Below are positions 1 to 12,436 of a stretch of 64,000 nt of DNA, piece by piece (the first letter of the stretch is position 1; each line of letters begins with the position of its first letter). The stretch is from assembly GCA_976226885.1 (NCBI GenBank), contig OZ320316.1, positions 89,652,001-89,716,000 on the forward strand, read 5' to 3'. The translations under genes and the position numbers were made by a program. The notes under the pieces were generated by a model. It had not been told where the DNA came from. It did not search any database and worked only from the letters and a program-made list of their open reading frames with translations. Source of the DNA: Iphione sp. A-MEVVRFRX5 (Eukaryota).

Positions 1-216
1 CTTGCCACCGATCCCTCCGCCACTTCCACCTCCACCTCCACCTCCACCTCCACCGTTGCCTCCACTCCCAGGAGGCCCACTTGCAGCATCTTTAAAGTCA
101 GCCCCCTTACCTTTACAGTTCCGTGAAGGTAAACAGGGAATCGCTGGAATAGCCGAAGATGCAACAAAGAACGATGAGTCGGAGGAAGAAATTGATCTTG
201 TGGATAAAAATAACCG
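1..216 (+). CDS. 3' part of a proline-rich/acidic coding exon (5' end outside the window); parent gene unresolved, possibly the FRMPD4-like gene
   Basis: Frame from base 2 is open: LPPIPPPLPPPPPPPPPPLPPLPGG...DATKNDESEEEIDLVDKNN(R). It ends at a donor-like ccg|gtaggt (GT at 217, phase 2). The antisense Gly-rich frame is also open, so the strand is not certain. Confidence 0.6.
23..54 (+). repeat. (CCACCT)n hexamer microsatellite encoding the polyproline run
   Basis: The sequence reads ttccacctccacctccacctccacctccacc. Confidence 0.9.
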
Positions 217-2739
217 GTAGGTCAGCGTGACTGTGCTCGACTGTTGGCTTTGTGTTTCTTTCTATTAATAATGTAGTCTAGATCACGCTGATAAAGTATT
301 TAAAACGGGAGATCCCCTATCGCTTTTATCTTTCTTTCTGTGGATTTACGTTAATCTGGGTATCCAGCTAGGTTTTAAGTCTGTCGTCTGAAAAAAACTA
401 ATGTTTACCTGCGATACTACTTTCATTTTATCGACATTTACTAACAGAGTTAACAATATATTGAAAGCGTTTCTATACTTTCAAAAGTTATCTTCCTGCA
501 CCAAGTCAACTTCAAGAGAGTGCAAAGAGCATGTACATGTATACGTCTATCTACACGAAATACATTACCTAATCGGTCAGGAGGAGAATAATAATCCATT
601 AAAAAGAAAATTGTCTCTTACGCATCCGACGAACCTCATACAAAACCCAATTGTGCATTCCTTTCATAGCGAGATTAGGCAAATAGTTACATGAACGATA
701 CCTCAATATTAATGCACTACTGATTATCGTTCTTGACAAAATGACGCTGTTTTGCCTCCTGGATGATCAAGACACTGGCTAAGGTTGGAGATAATTTAAG
801 GTTAAAATCTCGACGCCTATACAAATAAACCATTGAAATATTTATTGGCAGCCTCCTGTGAGATACATTTCTTATCCAACTCTGGCAGACTCCATCAGCT
901 ATCACATACAATCGGATTGGAATATGATTCACACGTACGGCGTCGTGGAATGAATGCAGCAATAACTACCACCGGGATGATCACCGGCACGAGATGCAGA
1001 TGCAGCCATACCTTATTCTTTCCAACCAATGAGGTGGTCGACCAATCCCATTGCAGCGCACTTATCTAATGAATGTACTCGTCCATTATAAAGCTCATAT
1101 GCATTGCAAGTTAACCCTTGAACCGTGCAGCATACTAATGCATTGGATGGTCACGAAACATAGTTTGGCCTGCATCATTCAGTTTATGTCCATATACAGG
1201 GGGGCAGTCCGGAGTCACTTATAATATTCTATCCTGTTATTGGATGATAAGCGGTGTATAACTGCATATTGCTCTACCTAGATCACCAATCTTGTAACAT
1301 GGTGTGGGACGGAGTCTCCTAAAACAGATTTGTAAATCATTTACCCCAGAAATACTTGCATCTTCTCTGTGAACCGGGACGTGACATGGGCATACAATAA
1401 TGTCCTGAACTGGAGAGATTTTTTAGTTATACTGTGATTCGTATAATTGTCTACGCTGACATATCAGGTCGCATCAACCGATAAAAGTGGTGAAAACACC
1501 CTTTCCTGTATACTACTTACACAAACAAACTTCAGGTTAACCATCTTTACGATCACACGTTTCTTTCCCCTACCTAGCCTAGTAGAAGAAATAGCAACTA
1601 GGCACTAATAACAGAGCAGTCAAAGATACGTATGAAATATTGATGGTGGTTGATGCTTTCCCATTAGTGCGGGTTAACTCCCAATGTAGGTGCCACACCG
1701 TCAACTGCACGATCAGCTATCATTAGGGGTTCATTCTTCGGTCGTCACGGCTACGGCAACCATATGACTGTGCTCTTGTCCAGTCTATCCATCGAGCATG
1801 TCTACTATCACGTGACTGGTCGGGAGTAATCATGGCGCCCATGTTACGATTTAGTTGCTTTGCTTGGGAACGGTCACAAGGGGTCCCCTGAATGAAGAAA
1901 GGCTACGATTAGCAGCGTCATGGGAGATTGGCGAAGGATCGTAGTGCGTTTAGTATGTTTTTAACCGCATGAAAAAAGAGCTTAATGAGTTGTGACATCA
2001 ACGATTACATGTTGACAAAATTCCGGTGAATATCTCCCCCCTTTAACATTAGCTGACAGTCGAAACGACCGTTTTCCGACAATGACAGCGATTTCTTTAA
2101 TTTCGCTGTAAAAAAGGGGAAAAGCCAGCGGTTCTTTTACACGTTGACAAATCAGATTGGCTTCCAGGAAATTTAAATCTGTTAAGCATAAAACAATGAC
2201 AGACCTCAGGTAATTTGAAAGGGCGAAGGAAGATAGAAGTGCAGTATGGATTATATGCATTTAGAAACCGGGAAAAGTTCTGACGAGTGTATGTAAGGGT
2301 AGTTAGTAATGACAATTGATATTATGCATTTCTACGTGATAATTATATGCTCTATGTGTTTAGAATGAATTAAATACATTTATCTTATACTAGGGAAAGA
2401 GAGTGATGTCAACCAACGGTTGTTCATTTGAAACGTATATGTATTAATGATCATATTTCCAATAGACCAATGGCTCGGGAGGACATTTCAAACATTGTTA
2501 GCTATTCTTACTGGTGTATAGAGCGCTCTCTGTTTGGAGGCTTAGATATTCTACTGCCATTACTACTTCCCGCGCACTGAATCGCTAGAGGCCAAGGACA
2601 CTCTCTGTTCCCCGCACAGCGAACTATGTTCAGTAACGTTGCCCTGTGATACAAGGCTACAACGTCACAGATGGCTCAGTTCCCTATGTCTATCAAGCTG
2701 TTAAAGCCAACCGTCATAGGGACTGTGTTCTCTGTCAAG

Positions 2740-3270
2740 CTGTCGGGGCGATCAGTCCTCTGCCAGTGAGCCGTAGTGATCGATCGGGTCGGACCACCTC
2801 CGGGTCTTTCCGCCACGCTCCTGCTGCCGTCTCCCCGAATCGCCGCCAGTGGGCGCCGCCACTACCATCAAGAGTAGTGGAGGCGGCGGTGCCTCCAGAT
2901 CGCACGTGGAGCAGCAGGAGGAGCAGGCAGAGCAGTCGGGCAGTGTCAGGCGGTCGGTCCCTGACTCAACCAGCCGAGGGTCGTCGTCTCTCCAGAGCGG
3001 AGCTTTCTGTGATTGCCGTCGCGCTGTAACAAACTTACTGGACAAGCGTCAGAGCAGGAGGAAAACAAACAGAAGGCAGTTTGATCTTCGATGGTGGATG
3101 CCATGGAGGAGTTAATATTCGTTTCTGGATTAACTGCCATAATGGCCTTGTCAACGGCCACGACTCCCCAGGCGGTGGTTTCATCGAGATGCCGGGGTAG
3201 TGGTGGCCGCCAGCGACGGCAGCAACACGCACCTCTGCTGTTACAATTTCCGTAAACACCGCACACCTGA
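2740..3270. promoter_or_regulatory. CpG/GC-rich island-like segment (promoter, 5'UTR or TE-internal)
   Basis: Visibly dense in CpG and GC against the AT-rich flanks. A donor-like ctgaag|gtaaat lies at 3408/3409. Confidence 0.4.
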
Positions 3271-6200
3271 CCCATTCTGAAACGGGGCTGACCACTATCC
3301 AAGCCTTAACAGCACACTCTTTTGTCATTTTGCGCTGCAACAGGATCCTTGTCGGAACTTCTTTATGACTATGAAGAAACTTTTGAAGGAGACATGAATA
3401 TTCTGAAGGTAAATTATGACAGTCTCGATGTCGGTGTCATGTCAATATGGTAAAAAGAAAGATGAGAGCATTTGGGACATGGCGCTGCAAAGTCACCATT
3501 TTAGTCGTATTTTTATAGTATAAGGCAAATCAATGGAATGCCACTAACCTTTACTTGATACAGTAGAAACTAATAATATATGTCAAATACGGAATGAGTA
3601 TCGGAAAGAAACATTTTGCACCAGATTTGATAAGGACAAAACCTTGAAAAAGATAAACCCAAGTACATGTACTGCTTATTCTGATTAGAAAGGTTTGTCG
3701 TCAATGAATCTCATGATCTTTGAGTCATTAAGCAAAAGGTGTATAATATAAACTGTAAATCGTGCCATTTCTGACGTGCATGATGTCAACCATGTCAAGA
3801 TACGCACTGAAAACCCCTGTATATCATAATACATTGTTTGGAACCAAGAACACCGTACTGACTTTAGCACTACCACCTTCCATCCTCCATGGTGAAACTT
3901 TTATGACCCTGGGCGTTAATTAAGAGGTTCTGATGTTATTAAGGCTCCTAAAATGTGACTCTGAGCCAGTAGATGGGTGCTTCATATCAAGGCTGCCTTC
4001 AGGCTACGGTTTATGTCCAGATCATGAAAAAAGTATGCTTAGGCCATATCTGCGTTTCAGTGCAAGACAGTGTATAAAACACTCTCAAATAACGGTATAT
4101 CATAGGTTTCCATGAAACGTTAAAAATTTACCGAGACATTTTAGATAATTCTCTTAAATTCAAAGGTAGTGTGGCAATTTAGTCTTCACCTGAATGCGTC
4201 TTCCTTATCCGTCTTGAGAACTACAGAGCTTGCATCTTTCTATAAAGGGCATACAAATGATCTATATAGATGGCATGAAAATCATTTTTTAAAATGTGCA
4301 AAAATAGAACGTCACAGGACCGATATGGATTTTATTACTAGGCCTACCGTAGTTAACCGGTAGCAAAAGAGGAAGCAAAGACGCAGGACCGAGAAATGAC
4401 TCTAAAAACTATGGACACTTTTGTACCATAATCGTTTATTTCTCCCTCTTGTGTCATCGACAGCCGTTAAACTAAGTCTTCCCTGAATATTATATTTGCT
4501 GCTTATTATGGGTATGAATCCCATGACGGAAAAGGCTCATGTTATGAACGGATAAGCTGTGTTATTCCAAGAAGGCCCTCACTTGGTCTTGCTTTATATG
4601 CATTGCTGGAAGTATATATACATGATTTCGGTGGCTAGCCCAAGGCCATCTGCTTCTACAGTGGCACTAGTCTGCACTTTGTTTATTGTCCACACACTGG
4701 ACGACGATTGTCGAGTAGCTTCGCTACTAGAAACTTCTCTTGAAGCTGCAAGCCGCAGGATGCTGCGACACTTAACTGGCTTCCAGCTGGTCCCTGCTCC
4801 CAACTGACAAGAAAATTGCAGTTCTGGGCACTTGCCGCCAGGAAGCCGTGCCTGCATATAGGCGTTCTGTCAAAGGGTGAGGAGAGAGAGCAACAAAAAT
4901 ACATTGTATGATTGCAGTGAAAGAAATTAATGTGCTGAAAATCAAAGGCACATTGTCAACGATGCACAATAGTATCTTCCCTGATTCTTAAGAAAGAATG
5001 GGAAACAGACATTCGTCTAAGGCCTGTCAGTGCCTATCGCCAAACAGGACACGGAGGGTAGCGGGCAAACAGTGTCAAAGGTAGGTTATACACAGATATT
5101 TAGATTTTCATGTGCCTCTTCATGTACAATTTAAAAAAATGACACATTGCTTTGAAAGGTTGCACGGTGAAAGGTACCCGGGCAAAACTTCGCATTAGCA
5201 ATGCACACAAAGACAAAAACAATTGTCGCAATATTGTTATGTTTAGGCTAGGGCTAGTGATATTCTGTACATCATATAAATGTGGGATATAATGCATATA
5301 TAACATTTATATAGTACGATGTACTCGATCCACTCGTACACTAGTAAAAGTTTTTCGCCGGATAGTAGTTGTTTTGTTCGTTTTATATTCCCCCCATGGT
5401 ATGTTTTGTTGTGAATCTGTTTCCAAAGATCTGTGACAGACAGATGAAACCCGGCAAAGGAAAGGAGGTTTTATTTTTATTCCCACGAGTCCGGGGCAAT
5501 TTGACCATTAAAGATGATTATCGGGTAACGTTGCAACTGAATGGTCAAGGCTTTGTTCAGATAGCCAAATCTTGTAATTTTGAACGACTGTCTGATAGAA
5601 TTAAAGCATGCTGATTTGGGCAAAAAGAAATTAGTGCAGCGGCTACTGCCGCTTTGTAAATTTAGTCAGTTTCGTTTATATTTAGGGTTTGCTAAAAGAA
5701 AGAAACGCATGCAGTTTCATACCATGCAGGTTTTGTGCTTTCAGTTGATAAATCCTATTTCCTCTACATAACATATATTTTCTAGCTCGTATTTTTCATC
5801 CCATCTGACTGCTCAGCAACCAGTCAGATCGGAAGGCTAGTTCGACTAGTTGAATTAATCCCTTAATTTTAGCGAAGAATGCACTAAGACAGGTAGGCAA
5901 ATCAAAGCTTCTTTCAAAAAATCATAGAATGAAGTGTACACATACCCTAAAGAGGTACTTACATGATCTATGTATGATTTACAAGTTCATTCTCTGGTAT
6001 AGCGTGGGCACATCCATGATACAATGTCTGATTGCGGACTTTTGTCATCTAAAATCCTTTTTGATTCAGCAGTGAGACAATACAAATCTAGTATAGGTTT
6101 TGCCTTGAATTGACTGAGGCATTTTGATGATGTTATTTTCTCTAGTGTTTTGAGAGGTTTTAACTTTAATATTATGAACTAACGTTGCTGACACATGCCA

Positions 6201-9200
6201 CTGAAGATAGGCAGTTATGTGAAATTCAGATTACATATATTCTCCCATCAGTTTGCAAGGTTTAGACTACTTCATATACACGAATACATGTACATGTATA
6301 TATGACCGTGAGCAATGCTATCAAGCTGCACATAATTTATAATATACAGATGTAAATATTAAGTATATTTCGTAATGTATCCTGGATTTCATCTGTGCCG
6401 GCATTTTACGAACAATCTTGGTTTCTGACTCTTTCCATAGCTTCTGGCCGAAAACAAAGGATAAAAATTACATCGCGTTATGTAAAGAATACATTATACT
6501 ACTACGTTTCTCCATTGGCCATAATGATATCATTCTCATAACCATTCGTCATAAAAACATTCGTTATTCCATGTTACGGTGCCCAACTGATATGACTAAT
6601 GTTGACAGTAGGGCTATTTTTGGGCAAAACGTCCATAATCCACCACAATCGTAACTCAATCATAGATATTGCCAAATAAAATACCAGAAGGTTGGAGGTC
6701 ACTAACAGAACAACAGCACTTTTCTTGCTGAATATGTCCCATGTTTTGAGGTGGATTACTTAGTGTAGACGCAGCAATTTTTAATGGCCAATGCACAGGC
6801 AACATCTCCTTGCTATCGTCTGTGGAAGGTAAAACTGTAAATTCCCATATAAAACCGTAGAATCCCTATGCGTTGCTTTCAGTATAATATGACAGGCTTG
6901 CTGTTAGGATAAAGGCTTCATAATATTTATCCGAAGGTTCTGATTTGAAAATCTGTTTTTATTGGTTAGTAGATGATTAGATATATATCAAATCAAATTG
7001 CTCAAATCAAAGATACCGTTTTAAAGACGTTATATTCATGATGCTAAAAGTTTCTGATTAAGGTACCATCTGTTGGTTATTCACCTTTCGTGATCGATTC
7101 ATCAAAATGCAACCTGTGTAAAACTGTAATATTTATCTTGGATACACATCCACTATTAATTCATCCTATAGCGAGAAGCATGATGTACATTAGATGAGTA
7201 CTGGGCCAACATCTTTTCCCCTGTACCCTTCTTGTTGCGCCCAGGAACATAACGAAACTAAAATAACATAATCCTGTTTGAAGAAGGTGAAGCACCAACA
7301 GAAAGGCCTTTCCTGACCAGTGTTTGCCACTTGCTACTCATGCCTTGCTCTAGCAATATTGCTTTTTCAATATTTTTCGACGTTGACCAGTATATATATA
7401 CAGATTGACAGCTTTGACAGCGTAAAGTTTGTGAAGTTGCCTTTTTTCCCCAGGCATCGTATTTCTTTTTCCAGGTATTTCTGCAAACAAAAAGTAGTAG
7501 GTCATATTGTCGATATGACTCATGCTACAGTTGGTAGGGGTACAATACACATACCAGTGAACTTCAGGTTGCCAACTACCGTTTGATGACAACAACAGTA
7601 GCATCATAGGAATATGACTTGATACTGTCACCAACAAGGTTCTTTGGTGCGGTACCTCTCCCCGAAGTCACTAATGGGAGATATGGTTGCACCAGACTAA
7701 ATGGCTAACCTCGGTCTGCGAATGTGCCCATGTGTGTGTCTTTCAATACATGAAAACTGAACCAGGTTTGGTTTATCTGTTGTACTTCTTGAAAACTCGT
7801 ACGAAAATGAGGCGTTAGTTGTCACAATACAACGTGTACGTAGAGGTGTAAATTCCCATAACACTTGTTGTGTTAGGCGTGGCAACGGTGACATTTCATG
7901 ATAGGTTGATGGGCGCAGCCTGAAAAATTACATCCGTACATGCGTATCGTCGAGAGGCCCGGACAAACTGACTCGGTAATAACGGCTCTGCTATATGCAT
8001 TTTGTGGAAATGTGTAACTAGATGCAGTTTGCAATACATGCACATGCGGGGCATGTGACCAACTGCTTTACAAAATGACGTATGTAAGAAATACACACTT
8101 TTGACGCAAACAAATGGTTGTCCAATACACACGTGAACAGGAAATATACGTAAATGAGCACATTGAATATTGTATGCCTGATCTGAACTCTGCTTTTCGA
8201 TATCCTTGGAATATGTTCACTTGGTGTCGTGAAGATAAAGTTGACTTCACACTGCCTCGTTGATCGCCATTCAGATCAACTCACTTGTGGTTACAGTGGC
8301 GACGAATTAGGAGGCGTGGGATTTATTGGGGATTGACGCCAAAAACTGCAGAGACTGCAGAGAGCAATGTTATTGCTGCTAGAGTAGGCATAATATGCTC
8401 GGCTGCATTACAGATGAGTGCATGTTAATTGGAGCATGTGACATTGCCCAGATACCTGCGCACAACATGTGCCAATTTCCAAATAATTAGACAATATAGA
8501 CATCGCAGTCTGAAATTACCAAGCAGTTACTAAAGAATGAACATAATTATGGGCTGTCAGCATCTCCCTAACCTTTGTGGCACGAGAAAGTATTTCTTTT
8601 CGTGGTCAAGTACAAAGAAACCACCAAGGTTCATTTGTTTCGGCCTATGTACTATGACTTTTAGGCACACCTCATAATACGCTATTAAAAAGAATTAATC
8701 AAAGAGAAAAGGAAACCTGTTTGGGATACACAATACCCACTGTGTGTTATACACGATAAAAACACATGACAACCAGCAAAGTGTCAGTGGAAAACCTAAT
8801 CTGTACTCTGCAACAACATATGGAAGCACATAAAACTGATATATCGCCCAGTGTGATGCCATTACCGAAGACGATAAGCATCTACCTTGCATTGTCCAGA
8901 ACTCGCTGGATCCTGTTCGTGTACAGACAGCATCACATACACGTATGTATTTAGTCGTGTAATATTTGCGGTTGAAGTGTGAGAATGCTCAATGTAAAAT
9001 ATGTACATATTTACAGGCGACAGTCTTATTGCAAGCTTTCCTATTTCTGCGGCGTGTACGCTCTGCAGAATCATGATGAGTAGTAAGGGTGGCATGGCGT
9101 AGTCCCGTACAACTAACCATAGTGTGACTGGCATTCTCTCCTGTGGTCTACGCTATATAATGAAGCCTCCTGCAAGTGTGCATTCATATATTCTGTTAGC

Positions 9201-12200
9201 TGTAACCGTGCTCTATGACTACGGACATAACTGTATTACAGTGTTTAAAACGAATACAACCCTGCATGATCAAATAAGACTGTGTGGTGTGTTCAGCCTA
9301 ATTGGCAATTTTGCTTCTAGGTAAACATCTTTAGCACAGCACAGGGTGGAAAGCCTCCACTTGCCTCTTTGGTAGGATTAAGAATCACCAAATGACAGGG
9401 GATATGACAGTGCGTTCGGTTTTGTGCGCAGGTTTGTCTTCAGTAGATGAGATCGTTACATCTCAATAACACCCTTGACAGTCTCTGGCACTGGTAACTA
9501 ATCTTTCTCACGGGAGATCACACCCATGAGCTTCTTTTGTTTAACGCACCCGCGAGAGTGTCGGTATCGTACTCATGGTAATATACACATGTTCATGCTA
9601 GATATTACCACTATTATGTATAAGATAGGAAAGGGCCAGAGGATCGCCACCTCCAGAAACATTGCTACATGCACCTCTCCTTCTATTGGACGCTTATTAC
9701 GGCTATGTGTAATACGATAAATGCTTTGCAATACCTTAAACATCAAAGAAGGTAAAGGCACTTTCAATCTGCATATCCCATTAAAGCATCCTGGCGGGAT
9801 GCCTGAGAAGTCACGTTGGCAATTTCGCCATCTGGAAATTCCAACACCACAGGGCGTCGAGCAAAGCATTGCAGTCACCCCATTCAATATCAATTATCTA
9901 AGCTTCATTTAATATCATGAAAAAACAGAATATTACTGATAACTGTATAAATTGATCAGTCAATCTTTTTCTGCGCTCACTCACTGCCGGCTTCTCCAAC
10001 CTTGTTATTCCGTCTCTCAATCGCTCACTCTTTATGTCTATCCTTATGGTTCATTTTCTCTAGCTTATTGACTACGTGAGTCACTCTATCGCGGTAGGGT
10101 AACGTCGTTGGATGACATATCCAGTGTAGATCAAGGTGGAGAGGGAGAGGGGGTGCTTAACTATAATACATGTAATTCTACATTGTTCGCAAAGCTGTTT
10201 GTACAGTTGTTTGCTCTCCAACGTTTTATGTTCCTGAAACTACAACTGGACGAAACGTTTATCTCCAACAGCAAAGTGTCGTGCCTGCTTTACTGAAATG
10301 GCTTCTTCACCATACTAATACTCCCTCCAAAGTACATGAGAGAATATTAAATGTTTTAGCTTAATCATTGTCACGTAGAAATAGTTAAAATATGTATTCT
10401 TACATAGCAAAGATTTCCCTCCCTCCCCGTCCCACTATACAAAAATGTTCATTGTGGCCTCGATCGAAGAGCATGACTCTGACCAGGCCTATCTATAGAC
10501 AGGCTGAAGCATGATGGTGTAGGGCGCAGGGGAGGGCTGGGGATGGCTGCGCCGCGCCCTCGGAGACCTGCTGCCTTCCACTGGTAAACTGACAGACATT
10601 ATACAATGCTGATAGCTGAGTGGTATCAAGTGCCCCCGACCCCCTCCTCGTATTCAATGATGCCCCCCAAATGCAGTACTCACGTTAACCTTGATCTTCA
10701 GATAACAGCCTGGTTTAACTCTTCCAGAAACCATTTCCTCCTTTGATATTAATTAACATTTTGAAAGTATGTCATAGAATTGAAAACCTCTCATGCATTA
10801 GTAATGAAGTTACAGAATATGAGTCACACAGAAACCTCATTATCCAAATGGGTGCCGTTTCACTGTATAAGTTTCGAGCGGGACTTTATTTGTTTTATTA
10901 TAAATGTAGATGTTTGGTATACAAGGCTACACTTTTCAAGCATACATTGGGATTTAACATTGGAAATTATTCTATCAGTTGTAATCGAACGAGGCGTATA
11001 ACTTCTCATTGAACGACCCTTGAAATAAAATAACACCTTCAACAGATTGTATGTATAATGATAAAAATACGATATTTTTGCATGGGATGTCTCCAAAAAG
11101 TATTCCCTTAGGGCTCACGATTTAGCGTTCCAAGTGCTCAAGATGGTAGTTTTCTCACTCAACGGGAGGCAAGCAAAAGGACATGGTAACATTCAAGAAA
11201 GTGAAAGGGAATTGTTAGGGGTGTCCTCTTTGTGACTGTCACAGGACATAGCTGTAGGCCTAAGATATTTCCCCTTGACTACCTTGAACAAATAAGGCGA
11301 TTGAGCGTGTGAGGGCACCCCTGAAGGCCTGATTCCACACGCTGAAACGACCTGCTCGGCCATCCAGACGCCTCGAGCATTTCAATTTGCTCACGCCACG
11401 TGCTTCTTTTAGATAGCGACCCCTATTTGGTGTCTTTTCTTACAAAGGTCCAGACGCACAAGGGGATCCAGACGGTGATGAGGTCCACTACGCATCAAAG
11501 TTTGGAGAAGTCCCACTAAGACATGTTCTCCACTTGAGTGTCATACGCCACAAAATATGAGCAGCGGAAACGTGCGTAGCCGAAGGCGTACGATGCATAA
11601 AACAATAATTGGGAGCCCCAGTTGCCTTTTGCTCGCCGTGAAATGATTGGATTATATAGGTTCCTGTGGTGTATGGTCCATTTATGGGATGCCATTCAAC
11701 ATCACGTCTTGTCATACATAGAGCTTGCTGTTTTTATACTGTCTCAGACAAGTGCAGCTTTTGCTATGTGCTGCTACGCCATCCTTCTTAGTTCAAGGAT
11801 ATTAGTCAGTCGCCGTAAGCACGCATCATACCATGGACCTGCATGAGGTTCATGTTGACATGAAGGTTTACTACAAAGTTATACAGATCCTCGGAGAATA
11901 GTTTAACATACCCTAGCTTATATCTTATACATGTACCATGAAGGGATTTGGTGTGACTACACAAAGAGTGATCTGAATATCAACTCGGAATTAACCTGGA
12001 TTCCGAGGAAGCAAATCTATAATAACGCAAAGTAAATCAACCTTGCTTGGCATTTCACCTGCAGTGCCCTTAGTATGGATGCTTTTATAACGCGCGGGGA
12101 GATATGTAGGATTCCCGTTTTACCTCAAAGTAGCGTAAATCCTTTTTAACCGAGCTACATTATTTCAACAAAAGTATCAATCCTGCCATACTGAGAGAAA

Positions 12201-12397
12201 ATGGGTTCGTTTCCTTACTTATTGACGGTACCCATGCTAATTATTTAATTTATGAATACGTTTTACATTTACCGCACAGAAGAACCATAAATGTAGGTTT
12301 GGCGTCACTAGAAGAAATGGTTTTAGTATAAACACTATGCTCTATTTGAGAGGAAGAACGCAATCAAAGTAGAATTGCAGTCTTTGTTTCGCTGCAG

Positions 12398-12436
12398 AAT
12401 TGTCATCGTTGAAACAATTATAAAAAGTGTCTTAAG
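12398..12436 (+). CDS. Candidate 39-nt symmetric (phase 2-2) microexon
   Basis: Strong acceptor tctttgtttcgctgcag| and donor aag|gtaaga. Only the phase-2 frame is open (IVIVETIIKSVL); the other two frames have stops. Confidence 0.35.

Noticed and set aside
700-1450. - strand motifs resembling gypsy integrase (LYTAYHP, YELYNGR) and, in another frame, a kinase (YKIGDLG)
   Set aside because: Two incompatible weak matches in different frames, with no supporting neighbouring motifs. This is consistent with chance.
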